Below, one piece after another: positions 1 to 11,700 of a stretch of DNA of 64,000 nt. The first letter of the stretch is position 1, and every line of letters starts with the position of its first letter. A program made the position numbers and the translations under genes. Under the pieces are notes generated by a model. It made no database searches, was not told where the DNA came from, and saw nothing but the letters and a program-made list of their open reading frames with translations. The DNA lies in contig CM060732.1 in assembly GCA_030704615.1 (NCBI GenBank), positions 24,428,001 to 24,492,000 of the forward strand. Direction: 5' to 3'. The stretch comes from Takakia lepidozioides (taxonomy: Eukaryota > Plantae > Bryophyta).

Positions 1-591
1 TCTGTCGGAAAACAAAATCCGAGAAAATCCTATTTGTGAATTACTTCGAGAGGGGCACCAGTGCAACCTCTAGAGGATCTTTTTCCTAGAGGGAAAGGAG
101 GAAAAAGAAAATTCCAGGCGCATAAAATTGACAACCCTTCAATCAGGCTTGAATGATGTGAGTTTTCATATTATCTTTGCTGAAAAGATGAAATTGGAGG
201 ATTAAAGAAAGATGGAAAGGGCCAGAAGATTTGCATGTGATGGGTTCAGAGGTCAGCACCAACCTACATCACCTTAGCTTATGCCCATATCCACCTTGAC
301 ACCTGAAACCAACCGGTCAAAGTGCCGCGTCACCGCATAGATGTCCAAGCACTGCTGAAGACCATGACATTGCCACTTTGACCTGTGCAGCAAATAGTTC
401 ACACCGCTGCATGTAGCCCACTTTGTATCTCAATCTGCAATTTCCCTTTGATTACAGTACAGCTGCAAAGTGATCATATACCCCCTCGGAACAGCCATAA
501 CTTCTTAAGTAGAGGTGGAGAGGAACTGCAGATTTATCCAGGTGCTCACAATACACCTGGAAACTCTTGAAAAAACACGCCGAAGGACAGA

Positions 592-2525
592 TCATGACTT
601 GTTGGCCTCTTCACTGCCTCCTAACCATTCTAGCTGCAACAAACAGAGGTTCCACAAGTCAGGCCAAGGCCACATTGCTATTGTAAACCTATAAGCTTAA
701 TACAAGCTTCTGACTTGAAGCTCAGCCTCAACAACTGTCATCTTGCAGTCCACCCTGAAATATAGAAGTCGCTCCTCACACACAGTAAGCAAGCATCTAC
801 ATCTAAGATGCTAGAGCCTTAACTGTTTACACTGTAACTCGTCTCACAATTCTGATCTGCCAGTCCTTCCACCAGTATTGACCATGATCTTCTACAGAAG
901 GTCTCACTTGAAAATGCCAGGGTAGACCAGATGAAGTTGCTGGATAGGCTTGCTGGGACTCAACCTGTCTACATCAGCTATAGGCATTTTAAGCTCCAGA
1001 ATTCTGCGACAAAATCATTAGTATTATTTGTATAGACCGCTGCATGATGGCAAGTATACAGGTTCGAAATTCACACAGACACACACAAACATATTACCGT
1101 ATTTCCACAGGATAAGAATATGTACCTTCCATGCGTACATAGCTAGGAAAGCCACCACGTCTGCAGACCAAACGGCAGCAAATGACTTCCATACGAGTGG
1201 GAGAGTAACATTGATGAGGGGGACGACCAGAAAGAGGTAGTTCAGAGCATCCTTTTCCTTACTGGAACAGTCTCGTGCCCTTAGGGATGGAATAGCTGCA
1301 ATCAAACATGCAACACAAAAGTCCTCCCTTAGTACACCAGCAATAACAGGAAGAGTAAGAGAGAAAGAAAGAATCGTCCTAACCAACCTCAACATCCTGC
1401 CAGGCAATGTGTGGATGTCTAGCATCCCCAATTCCAATGACTGGCTGGCTGCTGGTGCCACACAATTGTGATGGAAAACCTGGCCACACTCTGGTTGCAT
1501 TACCCCAGGAATCTGCTTTGCCTCTCCCTCAGGTCAAATAGGGACGATTAGCACTAAACCCCTCAACCCCAGCTGCATTTTTCCAATCTTGACGGTATTT
1601 TGCTCTCTTTGAATCCCCAAAGTACTAAAAATTTTAGCTCTCTTAAGGAGCCTTTTCTGTCCAAATTCCCGCTTCACCATTATAGGACACCACATGTCAG
1701 CCAAAGACAACGGACTCTGTTAGTGCCTCCTCATGCATGCCTGTCTGTAGACATATCCCAAGCATGGCGTGCGGGGGAAATTCACTTACTAAACATCCAC
1801 ACAGACCACATGCCCATCAGCCGCCAGACGTCAGGTTGGTCCGAGGGGAAAAGCAAATTGAAGGAGAGCACGCCGCCTAGCACCATGGACACATAGGCTT
1901 GCACCTCGAACACAGTGTAGAGAGTGCTGCCCGGGGTGGCCGGGTTCTTGCTGCGCGCACTTGATGCACGTGGTGCGAAGGTGGCCGCTGTCTTTCGTAC
2001 TGCCTGCTTTCCAAAATGCCGGGGGTGAGTGTACAGACACAATCCCTGCTTACTACCGCTTTCCCAAGCAAAATTCAGCACACCAAATTTTTTTGCCAAT
2101 CCAGACTTTGCGCATCATCAAATTCCAACGAGAAGAGGCTGGAACATGACCTTCGAGAGACCTTTCTCTAAATCGGGGGACGAAAGCAGTGGCTTTCCAT
2201 CTTGCTGCTCTTCACTCACAGCCTTACTATCTCCTACGTCATCCTCCGTCTCTGCTTCTGGCTTCACACTTGCGCTACTTCTCTCTCCACGTCTGCTCCA
2301 AGACCTCCATGATTTCCAGGCACTCCCACTACATGACCCCACCAACGATTCACCAAGAGAAAAGAAGGTCGGGACCGCACTGGTCGCTAAAGCCAGTACA
2401 GGACTGTAGCCCAGGTGTGAACGACACGAAACAGCGGGCGTAACAAACTTCTCCCTTTGTGGGTGCAGCTGCCATTGCAACTTACGCGTTGCAAGGCAGG
2501 AGGGGAGAGGGCACGACGACGCCAT
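592..2525 (-). CDS. RPH1: RESISTANCE TO PHYTOPHTHORA 1-like chloroplast membrane protein; exons complement(2151..2525,1790..2003,1126..1295,592..633), 266 aa
   Basis: Spliced translation has an Ser/Arg-rich transit-like N-terminus, then VRKTAATFAPRAS..KNPA.PG.TLY.VFEVQ.Y.SM.LGGVLSFNLLFPSDQPDVWRLMGMWSVWMFTIPSLRARDC..KEK.ALNYLFL..WKSFA.VWSAD.VAF.AMYAWK, which matches Arabidopsis RPH1 as I recall it. All introns are GT-AG; 801 nt in frame. Confidence 0.9.
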
Positions 2526-2846
2526 AGCTGCCCCTCCTTCTCTCACGCTCCGCCGCAGAGCATTATCCTCTCGAGCCTCATCGCCCACATACAATGTATT
2601 TGTCTTAAATACGGTGTACTTCTGTAAGAGAAGTCTGCGAGAAATAGGCACCGTTGAGGTACTTTCTGTACGAGAGGATGGCCCCCCTCATCAGATCATT
2701 CTCGGCATCCTCATCATCTCCACTTACTGTTTACGAAGCTCACCAAATCAGAATGACCTCGCTGAGAGCAGGGCCCACTGAAGGGTTCGATCAAGGGATG
2801 TCGCCAAGGAAATTCCTGCATACATTCTCGAGGAGAGAGAATACAT

Positions 2847-2854
2847 GCCACGTG
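2847..2854. promoter_or_regulatory. G-box/ABRE-like motif (GCCACGTG) in the divergent RPH1/TVP38 intergenic region
   Basis: Motif is present between two head-to-head genes about 1.2 kb apart; function is unproven. Confidence 0.25.
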
Positions 2855-3730
2855 TAGGTCAGCTATTGGGAAAGGCTCGATAGGGCGGCGCAGGCGGGAG
2901 CAGCGCCAACTGGCACAGCTTTGAAACACGGACACTCTTCTGTGTACGACCCATACCTTAACTTAGAGCAAAACCTACGCAGGATTCCAGGGCAGGAAGA
3001 AAGAGGACGGACCCCCCTCCCTTGGGTTGTTCCAACTGGCAGCTTCTCCAAATCTGCTTGTGCGGGAGTGTTTTTTTTACTCGCTATACAAACCACTCTC
3101 CAGAATTCGAGGTTCCTGAGCAATTCCTGAATTTGGCCACATGTGGGCCACAGCATCCACAGTCGCGGAGTAGGCATGCTCCCGATCGGCAGTGAGAGCT
3201 GCATTGCAGACGGGCGCCGTTGTGCTTGACCGGCTCTGGGCTTCCTTCTTTCTTAAGAGTATGCTCTCCTACCGTCTGTGTAAGAATGCCGATCTGGTGG
3301 TAGAGGCCAGTTTTCACTTTTATGGATATGGGGTATGTCTGTTTTGGAAGTGAGACATGTGGGAGGCACACGCAAGTTCATACATATGCACTGACACTAA
3401 GTTAAACAACGCTTGACTGTGTGGCAACGTACACTTATATTGAGTGTGAGATTTGAAATGGATGATTGTGGACTTCCCCATTCCTGCAGGATACGTGATT
3501 ATGAAGAACACGGACAAAGGTCGTTGGAGAGGCTGGATCCTTCCATTGTCCCCACTGTAGCACCAACTCGCCATAACTCTCGAAGGTTTTAACCCTAAAG
3601 GAACCAATCGTGGTGCCGACCTCATTGTTTGAGAAACAGAGACAGAGACAGACACAATACATGGGTGCAGACAAATAGAGGAGGGTGTCGGACTTTTCCC
3701 AGTCGAACAAGCTCGAAGTCATAAGTGAAA

Positions 3731-5481
3731 ATGAGTAATGGGAGGAACTCCCTAAGAGTCGGGGCAAGTTTAGTGGGGCCCGACGTGCAAGGAGGACCGG
3801 ACGATGCCGAATACCAGCGTCTGGGGCATGTGGAGGAGTATCCGGTGGAAGAAATGGAGGAGTTCGAAATGCTGCCGCCCCTACCGCCCAAGCGGCGGCA
3901 CCGAGCCTGGTGGTGGATCAAATTGGTGGTTATCGGCCTCGTTCTACTGGCTCTTGCTGGGGTTGCATTTCACTGGGGTCTTCCTTTCCTTCTAGACAAG
4001 GTAATTTGACTATCATGACCTCCACGTGAGGCTCCAAATGGGTCCACAATTCAGCTGAGTATGATGGCGCTGAAGATTTGAGAGGCATAGTGCATCCTGA
4101 TTGTTTAAAGTTTTTGAGACAGGGCACACCCACCGACAGACTTGGGCCTTCCTTGTTTAATGGCAATCACTCAGTGATCTTCTCTTTTTTCCTAGAGAGT
4201 GCCAACAATTGACAAGCCATTGTGTGCAGGTCATAATACCAATGATGGTGTGGGAGACTTCCAAGTTCAGCAGGCCAGTGCTGGCTGTGGTACTGATAGT
4301 TTCACTGGCTATGTTTCCTGTCTTTTTGTTTCCATCCGGGCCATCCATGTGGGTGACGGGTATGATGTTTGGCTACGGTTTTGGGTTCCTGATCATTATT
4401 GCAGGGACCACTGTAGGCCAGTCGTTGCCCTACTTCATTGGGCGGTGGCTCCTTCATGACCGCATACAGGTGGGCTCCCCTATGCAGGCCTTGGTTCTCA
4501 AAAATGTCAGCTTTGTGCTTGTCTCTAGTTTAGGAGGCCGTTCATTGATTATATCTCAGGTATGTGTTTTGGTGCTAACTGTGTTTTGGTCTGGAGGCCA
4601 CCACAGTCATGGTTGGAGAAGTGGCCCAAGAAGGCGGCATTGCTAAGGATAGCGGCTCAAGGGGGTTGGTTCCATCAATTTCGAGCTGTCACATTGCTGC
4701 GTGTATCCCCGTTCCCCTATCCATGGTTTAATTATGCCATCACTGCCACCAACATCAAATACGGCCCTTATATCATGGGTTCCATGGTGGGCATGATTCC
4801 GGAGGCTTTTATTACCATTTACAGGTGATCCTCCCATTATGCCTACCTTCCTCTAGTTTCTTCTATGTCTTTTGGTTCCACTATTACTATTTAAGTACGC
4901 TTATGTTTGGATCCCTATAAGTAATCTGTCAATCCTCTTCGTTGGAGTTACAAATACCTTAAGCCCTTTCGTGTGTAAGGTTATGAAAAAAAAAGTCCAC
5001 TAAGGCCAGATGCTTTCTTTCTTGGCTAGTAGGCAGTGTCTCAGTCATCGTTTGTAATGTTTGGGCATGTGTTATGTAGTATGTTACTTTGAGGTTCACG
5101 AAGACTGACTAGTAGGGATGGATGTTGGTGGCATTGGCACCCCACAGTGGGAGATTGCTGAGCACGTTGGCAGATGTGAAGAACAAAAAAAGGGTGCTTA
5201 CACCGGTGGAGATTGCATACAATGTGGTTGGTTTTAGCTTGGCCTTGCTCATTGCAGTGGTGGGCACCTTATATGGTCGCAGGGCACTTCAAGACTTGGA
5301 ATTAAAAGAAGCTGCTGAAAGAGAGGCAGTTGCACAGCAATCTCAACAGATGTCTGATGTGGTTGCTCATGTTCGAACTTCAAAAGTAGCTTGGGCCGCC
5401 AATTCGTCCCAATCAAGTCTTGAAGGCAAGCAGTGGCATGAGGGGGGGTACCTGCCTTTTTCAGAGGTAGCCTCTCCCTGA
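3731..5481 (+). CDS. TVP38/TMEM64 family (SNARE-associated Golgi, VTT/DedA domain) membrane protein; exons 3731..4000,4230..4469,4607..4824,5148..5481, 353 aa
   Basis: Motifs SLAMFPVFLFPSGPSMWVTGMMFGYGFGF, GQSLPYFIG, LLRVSPFPYPWFNYA and GSMVGMIPEAFITIYSGRL. GT-AG junctions keep the frame (1062 nt). Confidence 0.9.
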
Positions 5482-6663
5482 AAGACAGTCCACCTTTGGA
5501 CTAGTTCTTTTTTTGGAGGTATACTCCTGTCACTGGCACTCTATGATGCTGGCCGATGTGATCTGAGGCTCATGGTTTGCATACCCAGAAGTAAAAGGGG
5601 AAAATACAAACTCCTGCAAACCGTCCGTCTATCTCCATCAAAGATTGTGCCTGGAACGAACACTCAATCCATGGATGAAACAGAGATCCTATCTTTGGGC
5701 ACTTTCAGCATTGAACATTCTAGCAATTTATGCTAGGTCATTATGGGAAGCAGTCATTATCTGCCTCATTTTCTTACCCTTGACTGCTGTCCCATTTCAA
5801 CAATTCCCAGGCCAGGCCACACCAAAGCCACTGGCTATGCAACAGTTGAATGAATTGAATTGGTCATGCGAAAAGAACTGCAAGTCTCAAGTCCTTTAAT
5901 TAATCTTTCTTGTGGCACATAGCCGAAAGGCTATTTTTTCTGATGTGGCAAAAGTTAACTTGCAACAAACGTGCAATGATACAGACTGTTAGTAGCTGAC
6001 ATGAATGGTAAAGACTTAAAATTCATTTGTAATTTAACACACCTGTTGAGCTTCACATTCACTGTGACAACACATGAATGATAAACAGCATACACATAAT
6101 CTTAGCAGCAGTCACCTCAACCTAAAAATGGGGTGCTCATGGAGAGTGACTAGACACATGGAATCTGTGTTCTTATTTTCTAGAACAGCACCAGGGTGCT
6201 CATGGAGTCATGGAGTGTAATATTGTGCAGAAGACCCAAAGGGCTTATGGGATAGTAAGGGTCAAAAGACCTCTTCCGTACCAGACATTCAGGGTAGTGA
6301 CAATCCAGATCTGAGAACCCCCCAGAGCAAATGTCAGGATAATAGGACTGCGGCCTTAGTAGAGAGAGAAAAAGAGGTCCGATTCCTGCAGCACACTCCC
6401 TATGACAAGGCTCCTTCCACACGAGGAGCAGGATTGTATATACCAGCATCAACATGCAATTCAAGCTTGTCTCATGATATTATATCATGGTAGAATCAGA
6501 TGATGAGGGGATCCTAAGTAACTGCTGATCATATGGACCTCCCCAAGACATTCTTTCTTTCCTGTCCCCAAGTTCTCTCTTCTGTGTCTCAAAGTTCCTC
6601 CCCTTAGATCAGCATAACAAGGACAAGCAAAGTAAAATTGACAGAGATGTGAAGTGCCTGCAA

Positions 6664-7878
6664 TCAAGCCTGAATGATAGCACCCTGCCATTGCCAAAAG
6701 ACCTTCGGTAGCACTTGATGCACAGCATTACAGTGATAGAGATCCAAGGACTCCCCAGCCAAGTTGTTCAGAAAGAAAACCTCCTCTCCAAATCCTATGG
6801 CACGTTTTGATGGGCAGTCAAAGGGCAGAAAGTAGAGAGAAATGTTGCCAACTTGCTGCCACTGGGCAGCATCCTCATTGTACTTGCCAATGTAATTGGA
6901 CCGGTTCATGACATACAAGTCATGGTCAGTTGCGGCAAACTCTCCATCTAGCAAACTGCTTTCCAACTTTTCATTCTCCTCCCATGTATTTGAGATTGGG
7001 TAATAAGCCAACACCTTTCTCTCATCATCAACACCTGCCAACGATCGTCCCTTGATAAACAACCTCCCTTGAAACATTGCATCACTCTCAATGTTGGCTA
7101 GCCCATAGGGCATGGGTGCAATCAATGACCACTCATTGGTTTGCATGTCATAGACCTCTCCTGACAGTTCCACTTCCCCAGCTGCATTGTACCCACCCGC
7201 AACAAACAGCCAACCGTTGATGACTCCACACGCAAAATATGACCTGACCAGGAATGATCAAGTATCAGATACAATGAGCAGTTGACCACAGCATATACTG
7301 CTGTTTCATCCTAAAGCTGTTGTGAGAGGAAGTTGCTGTAGTTCTACCCAATTTCTGCAAACACTGAAGGGGTGCCACATAACACACCTGCAGGGTACAA
7401 GAGGAGGGAGATGTCCAGCACAGACCTGGCCACCCTGCGACCACTCATTGGTCACAGTGTTGAAAATGTTAACAGTCCATTGACCGTGCAGCCCCACGTC
7501 ATCCCTCAATGCACCTCCAAGAACAAAGAAGTGGTAGCCCATGGCGGCACACTTGAAGCCACCATATTGCAGGCACTGAACTAGTTCCTCTGAGTCCGGT
7601 AGTGGGAGCCGGCACCGCTTCCTTAATTTCAAGTCAAATGCCAGAAATGAGACAATGCCATCCAGCCCGTCCTCCATTCGGGATCCTTCACAAAGCACCA
7701 GCAACCATGGGTCCACCTGGTCGAGCTTTGACCGCATAATATACAGATCTGGACTTTTAAAAAGGGCTTGCCATGCCTTGCACACAGCATTCAGTGCAGG
7801 GTACTTCAGCCTGGGAACCCTAGCCAGGCACATTTGTGCCATGTCATTTGGCAATCCTGGAATCAACATACCCTCCAT
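6664..7878 (-). CDS. F-box/kelch-repeat protein; exons complement(7388..7878,6664..7243), 356 aa
   Basis: N-terminal F-box LIPGLPNDMAQMCLARVP...VCKAW; kelch repeats FFVLGG...IFNTVTNEW and RSYFACGVINGWLFVAGG...EVYDMQTNEWSLIAPMP. A phase-2 GT-AG intron joins the two ORFs. Confidence 0.85.
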
Positions 7879-8920
7879 GGCATCTACCCATCTACATAGT
7901 GCTGCGAGATATACAGGATCTTTGAAGTGACCTCATCAGAAGATCCTACTTCAGACCTACATCCTGTAGAAAATGCCCACACAAAAGTGACTGGGTATGA
8001 ATCATGCTCAAGACACTGCGGCCCAGAGATATGCAAGAGTAAATGAAGCGTCTTACAAATCCGGAGCACTCCATCTCTGGCAGCACTCCCATGCATTGCC
8101 AACCCACATCGCAAGAAGATAGTTCTTCTCAAAGACAGTAACGGGCCTCCATACTTCAGCAAATCAGTAACCGTTCCATTCATATTCATTTGACGCACAC
8201 CTTTCTCCAAGCAGAACAAGCTAGAGAAGCATGTTGTCTACCTACCTTGACGTAACCACCATGGAATCAAGAGATGTGCAAAGAAAAGGCCTTAGTCTAT
8301 CCAGCGATTTTTCCAACGTGACAGCGGGCATATCCTCAAACTGAACCAAAAGCACGCGTCAAGAAGTCTGATAATAGCAGGGCAGTTCAGGGCCGCGTCA
8401 GCAAGAAGCCCTTGGCACTTTCATACAGGACATGTATACCATCATAGGGAAGCTGCAGCTACCCCGAACACGAAGATTCTGCCCTTCCACATATTCTCAT
8501 ATTTGCAAGATTTAAAGAAGTATTTCCGCCACCCAGCTGCTCTTTATAACTTGGCTTCTGAAGCGAGTGCCTTCCAGTCTGAAGGTCCAGCTCGCAACAT
8601 AATTCCCCCACATAAACAACCCCAGTGAAGAACATCTAACCAGTAGAGCAAAGCCAAAAATGATCTGAACAAGCACTAGGTACATTACCAGCAGATCTTC
8701 GCCCAACAACGCACGGATCGGTAGCCACGCTCTGCGTCGTCACATCTTCTGACCCAACAACAATCCTCACATCTGCCACAAATTCCCGTCCATCCTCCCC
8801 CTCCCTGAGCCCTAAAACAGTGTGATCAACTTTACAGGACTACTGAAGCTCAAGATCTGTACAGTCGCTCTGTGAGGGCTGTAGAATCGTAAAAACCTTC
8901 AGATTTTTTGTATTAGGTAG

Positions 8921-9025
8921 AGTCCTGCAACGAGGGCTTTACGCGATTCAAGATTCCATAGCCCCGAGGGCGGTAGCCCGAGGGCGTGGAATCTTGATTC
9001 GCGTTAAAGCCCGAGTTACAGGACT
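8921..9025. repeat. Long imperfect palindrome/hairpin (left cap of the central block)
   Basis: Arms 8921-8958 and 8987-9025 are reverse complements apart from a GA/GA tandem mismatch, one C/A and one T/T mismatch and a 1-nt bulge. Apex: GCCCC-GA-GGGC-GGTA-GCCC-GA-GGGC. Confidence 0.95.
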
Positions 9026-9858
9026 TTCACTCACGTAAAAACTGCAATGTAGACTGTGTGAAAAGAAAATTACCTGGCTATCTGAGATTACGGGCCCAGC
9101 CCATGGGCTCCACGGCATAACGGGATTTTATGCTATTTAAAGCCCACCCAAACTACTGGCGCACATTAGAAAAGGCCCGGGAGTTTAATGCGACCCCTTC
9201 GGTCCTGCCTGCGTGGCACCCCCCGCCACCCCAGCCGCACCCCCTTCGCCGGCTCCTGCGCGGCTCGCGGTCGCTGCACCCCTGCGCCCCCGCGCCACCC
9301 CACCCCCCCCCCCCCCGCGGCCCCCATCCCCCTGCCCGCCCGCCCCCCGGCGGCCGTCACCACACCACATGAGCTCTGTGGCACATGACACCTGTCACCA
9401 CAACCCAACATCGCGCGCGGGACTCATCGTGAGTCGAAAACATGGATCCATACATGGCAGATGACACATACATGAAAGTAACATGATGACCATCACGAAA
9501 GTCACATGATGACCATAGGCGTGAAGCCCTCACATATGCATGTATACACAAGGTTGTACATGTTCAAATTTCAAAATTCAAATTTGAAATTTAGTATTAT
9601 TTTATGGATTGGGTCTACTTCTAGGATTTATGATGGATGTATGTAGGTACGGATGGATGAGACCAGGATGTATGTGTAATGATCCAATCGTCACCTTCCT
9701 TTCATGGTCCTCTCAAACTGTTCTGACCACGAAAGCACAACGTGCAGCCAATACCAGCCGTGCCTTAGGTCCCTGAATTGCGCCACGATATGTCTGATGC
9801 CGAGAATGAAGAAAACATTGCATCCCATCTTGTTTTGTTGCTTTGAAACCAAGTTCAA

Positions 9859-10888
9859 ATGCCCAGTGTAGGTGCTTTTAACCATCATATACTGCAGTGG
9901 CGTTTCCAATGGCATGGCAAGCCTCCTGCCCAAAACTCTGCCGAACTTGCCTACATTCCCTGGAATCGAGTTGCTGATTTCATTACAGGGGAGTCTTCCC
10001 GTTCAGATGGCCCATGCACTTTCAGCAGCCATGAGCAAAGATGTCATCCGGAGGGGTCACTCTTAGCTCCTCGCAGCAACAGTGTCAGGACTACAACAAG
10101 GTACATTGGGCTGCAGGTCATGTGTTGCAAGGGCTACTGAATGATTTCCATGAATGCCCGAGTGCCTGAATCCCCTTGGTGTCATAGTAACGGATTGTTT
10201 TTTTGTTATTGTAGGTATCACTGCTCGTATGGTCCACAGGACAGAACTAGTTCCCTCTTGGAGGTTACCCCTGCAATGGCACACAAGAAACGCCGAGTGA
10301 AGCCTGCAAAGAAGAAGGGGAGAAAGCCAAGAGTCACAACCGCTTCCACTGAAGCAAAGCCAAAACAAATGCGGACCACACAAACAAAATCGGGAGGCAT
10401 GTGAATGGGGCAGGACAGGTCTGCCATAGACCTGCGCATCAAGTAGGTCGCGTTTCATTAGCTCCCCACCTGAGCGATGAGATGAAATCATGGGTGTTAC
10501 ACAACCTCCGTCTCGGACTAAGCATCAACAAGATAATGGCCACACGCAGAGGGTGAGGGAAATCATGGATGGGAGGTTCGAGGTTACTCGTGACACCTTC
10601 TTTCTTTCAAATGACATCCGAAATATTGCCAACAAGTGCGATGAAGAAACATTCAAAAAGCACTCCAATGATGCACAAAGTGTCCGAATGTGGGTGCATG
10701 AAAACCCAGGAAGCGTTTTCTACTACCAGGAAGAGTCTAATCACCCTGCTTGGACGTTGAATGACAGAAAACTCGACCTTCCATTTGTGCTTGGCATACA
10801 AACTGATTGGTAGAGAAAACAGATGCTCAAACACGGCCATCGTCGCATAGTTGCTTGTGATGCAACCTTTGGAACGAATTTAAAGAAG
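9859..10888 (+). pseudogene. N-terminal part of an At4g13970/At1g60560-type MULE-related SWIM-family transposase, decayed
   Basis: Blocks LAYIPWNRVADFITGES, (intron 10101-10214) RYHCSYGPQD, HVNGAGQVCH..SLAPHLSDEMKSWV, RDTFFLSNDIRN, DAQSVRMWVHENPGSVFYYQE and PFVLGIQTDW*RKQMLKHGHRRIVACDATFGTN follow the order I recall for At4g13970. There is an internal deletion, frameshifts and a TAG at 10811. The rest of the catalytic core and the SWIM finger are absent. Confidence 0.8.
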
Positions 10889-11239
10889 GTTCATCAGATT
10901 GTTAACCCGAATTTCTTGAAAGCATGACAAATTAGGTTCTTCATTTGAAGTCCTTTGTTTTTCTACCATTTCCTTTCAAGTCACTTCAGTTACACATGAT
11001 TGTTGTTGCAATACCCGTTATCATCACCACCAATCAGACAACACTACTTTGTTCCAGAGGAGAGACCTGAATCGGATTTTCTTCCGAACTCTACTGAGGG
11101 GACGCCTATGCGTGAGCCACCACCAGTGAACTTGTCACAAGTGGGAACCTCATACTCACAAGATAGTATGGTGTAGCCATCACAGCCTGAAACTGGGGTA
11201 GAGCCCAATCTTGCCTCTCTACTAGCTCTACCTTCTTTT

Positions 11240-11700
11240 CCCTCAAGACCAACAAAAAGGAAGGAGCCATTGGTCGATTATTCCAACTCTATGGTGGTCA
11301 CAGGCTCTGAATACACCATGATTATGAGGAGAAAAGCTTTAATGAGAGAGGAGGTGGAGAAAGAGACAGAAAGAAAGAGGCTGGAAAAAGAGGCCAGAGC
11401 TCGTGCTAAGCCAAATGATACTCGCACTCCAGCCCACAAAGCTGCACAAAGACTTGCTTTGAAAGCACAACGGGCTGCCTTTGATGCTTACTGGGATATC
11501 GAGAACATCAGGAAAATTGGTGACCATTTTCATACTTCATTCTGAGAAGGTCTGAGGGCAAATCCTTATGGCTATACAGGGGTGAATTGTGGATTGACTA
11601 CAATATCTCAGCGACATGCGAGGGAAATAGCTATGCAACGACGCAAGGAAAAACAACAAAACAGGGGACAGGGGTCACCTTCATGGTCACAACTCCTTCT
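11240..11700 (+). pseudogene. Transposase C-terminal-like fragment (resembles the tail of pogo/DDE-1 transposases)
   Basis: KRKEPLVDYSNSMVVTGSEY followed by a K/E/R-rich coiled coil. Stops upstream and at 11543; no DDE core seen. Confidence 0.35.

Noticed and set aside
8961-8985. Parvovirus/AAV-like T-shaped terminal repeat
   Set aside because: The two-ear fold is possible only for hairpin 1. Hairpin 2 conserves the linear GA-stem-GGTA fold instead, and no NS1/Rep or capsid ORF is seen.
9130-9551. Overlapping Pro/Gly/Arg-rich ORFs
   Set aside because: Artefacts of a GC-rich low-complexity tract. The same applies to ORFs at 11902-12446 in the CACTA subterminal region.
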